From NCBI GenBank assembly GCA_900234795.1, contig LT962688.1, positions 3,990,001 through 4,022,000 on the forward strand: a DNA stretch of 32,000 nt, read 5' to 3'. The translations under genes and the position numbers were made by a program. The number at the start of each line of letters is the position of its first letter. Within the stretch, counting starts at the first letter, position 1. Below the pieces are notes generated by a model. The model searched no databases and was not told where the DNA came from. It saw only the letters and a list, made by a program, of their open reading frames with translations. The stretch comes from Methylorubrum extorquens. GTDB taxonomy: Bacteria; Pseudomonadota; Alphaproteobacteria; Rhizobiales; Beijerinckiaceae. Of this stretch, positions 31,445 through 32,000 are shown in pieces.

Positions 31445-31957
31445 GTGTTTGCAGGTATGCAGCTAGACAGCCATAAGATCGACTACCCCCGCTCCTACTG
31501 CTCTCAGAATTCAAACGGCAAGGCCGATCAGCCCGCAGGCGCGACGTTGCGAAGTACCCTTCTCCTCGATGGCCCAGCTCACGGCTGTTCTGCGTGCGCC
31601 GCGCGCCAGAAGTTTTTTCCCAAAGCCTCGCGCAGCGTCGCCACGTCGAGCAACGCCTCGGCGGTGAGCTTCTTGAGCTTGCGGTTCTCCTCGTCGAGCG
31701 CCTTCAAGCGGCGCGCATCCGAGACCGCCATGCCGCCGAAGCGCGAGCGCTACGTGTAGAACGTCGCGTCGCTGATGCCGTGGCGACGGCAGACCTCAGC
31801 CACCAGAAGCCCAGCCTGCTGCTCCTTCAGGATGCCGACGATCTGCTCTTCGCTGAACCGGCTCTGCTTCATCGTCCGCCTCCTCATCGACGGACCCGAG
31901 CTTCAGAATGAGGGCGGACCAGGGGGTAAGGTCAGCCGACTTCGGGGTTTCCGGTCA
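31445..31957 (-). mobile_element. Truncated IS3-family insertion sequence remnant (left end, orfA, start of orfB)
   Basis: The minus strand begins TGACCGGAAACC.. at 31957, a typical IS3 terminal TGA. orfA starts at ATG 31872. The slippery GGGAAAAAAC (plus-strand T6 at 31613-31618) precedes an orfB-like continuation, KKLLARGARRTAVSWAIEEKGTSQRRACGLIGL, that stops at 31511. The remainder of the element is missing. Confidence 0.7.
31579..31872 (-). pseudogene. IS3-family transposase orfA with a premature stop
   Basis: MKQSRFSEEQIVGILKEQQAGLLVAEVCRRHGISDATFYT*RSRFGGMAVSDARRLKALDEENRKLKKLTAEALLDVATLREALGKNF. The in-frame TAG at 31750-31752 sits where the family has FYxW(K/R). Confidence 0.7.
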
Positions 31958-32000
31958 TGAACCGCGCTGCGATTGTATCGCCCTCTCTCGACACGCCCTA

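Noticed and set aside
1-32000. CRISPR arrays, rRNA genes, defence-system hallmarks (restriction/modification, toxin-antitoxin, Cas, nuclease-helicase pairs)
   Set aside because: The only tandem repeats are coding (29541-30062, 30240-30989) or the 16-nt duplication at 24031-24062. No spacer-repeat periodicity and no defence-type domains were seen in any frame.

Overview
High-GC (about 70% in the stretches I counted) alphaproteobacterial-type chromosome segment; a Rhizobiales/Methylobacterium-like origin is inferred only from composition and protein sequences. Most of the window encodes uptake and hydrolysis of nitrogen-rich small molecules (purine, ureide, amide).

Layout, left to right:
(1) A partial flavodoxin-like NAD(P)H oxidoreductase gene, then a translationally coupled operon of AMP-ligase, creatininase-fold amidase (apparently frameshifted twice) and CocE/NonD hydrolase.
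(2) Two tandem paralogous small secreted Pro/Gly/Ala-rich proteins, a perfect 16-bp bidirectional terminator, an orphan BMP-family substrate-binding protein (SBP), and a lower-GC TauE/SafE exporter gene.
(3) A roughly 13-kb co-directional minus-strand array (20689 down to 7716): Tsx-like porin (frameshifted), 8-oxoguanine-deaminase-like amidohydrolase, BMP-type ABC system A (ATPase frameshifted twice, two permeases), an SBP, then BMP-type ABC system B, in which an AmiF-type formamidase and a BiuH/TrtA-like cysteine hydrolase sit between the permeases and the ATPase.
(4) A plus-strand operon of a second, paralogous cysteine hydrolase followed by an AtzG/AtzE/AtzH-like (HpxXYZ-like) triad, convergent with an NCS2 nucleobase permease.
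(5) A decayed transposase N-terminal remnant and an AT-rich spacer, then a 1632-aa chimeric protein. It combines an amidase-signature catalytic domain, a PATR beta-helix, two near-identical 87-aa Ig/HYR-like modules and six C-terminal repeats of about 37 aa. It has no recognisable signal peptide, autotransporter barrel or RTX repeats.
(6) A 3' fragment of tRNA-Gly(CCC) abutting a truncated, stop-containing IS3-family element.

The best candidates for undescribed biology are the giant amidase-on-a-stalk protein, the cysteine hydrolase + AtzGEH-like operon, and the formamidase/cysteine-hydrolase pair embedded in an ABC importer operon.

I inferred five indels, the three insertions in G/C homopolymer runs and the two deletions in GC-rich sequence, so either the assembly contains homopolymer errors or several genes are decaying. 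No CRISPR array, rRNA gene or complete tRNA gene was found.
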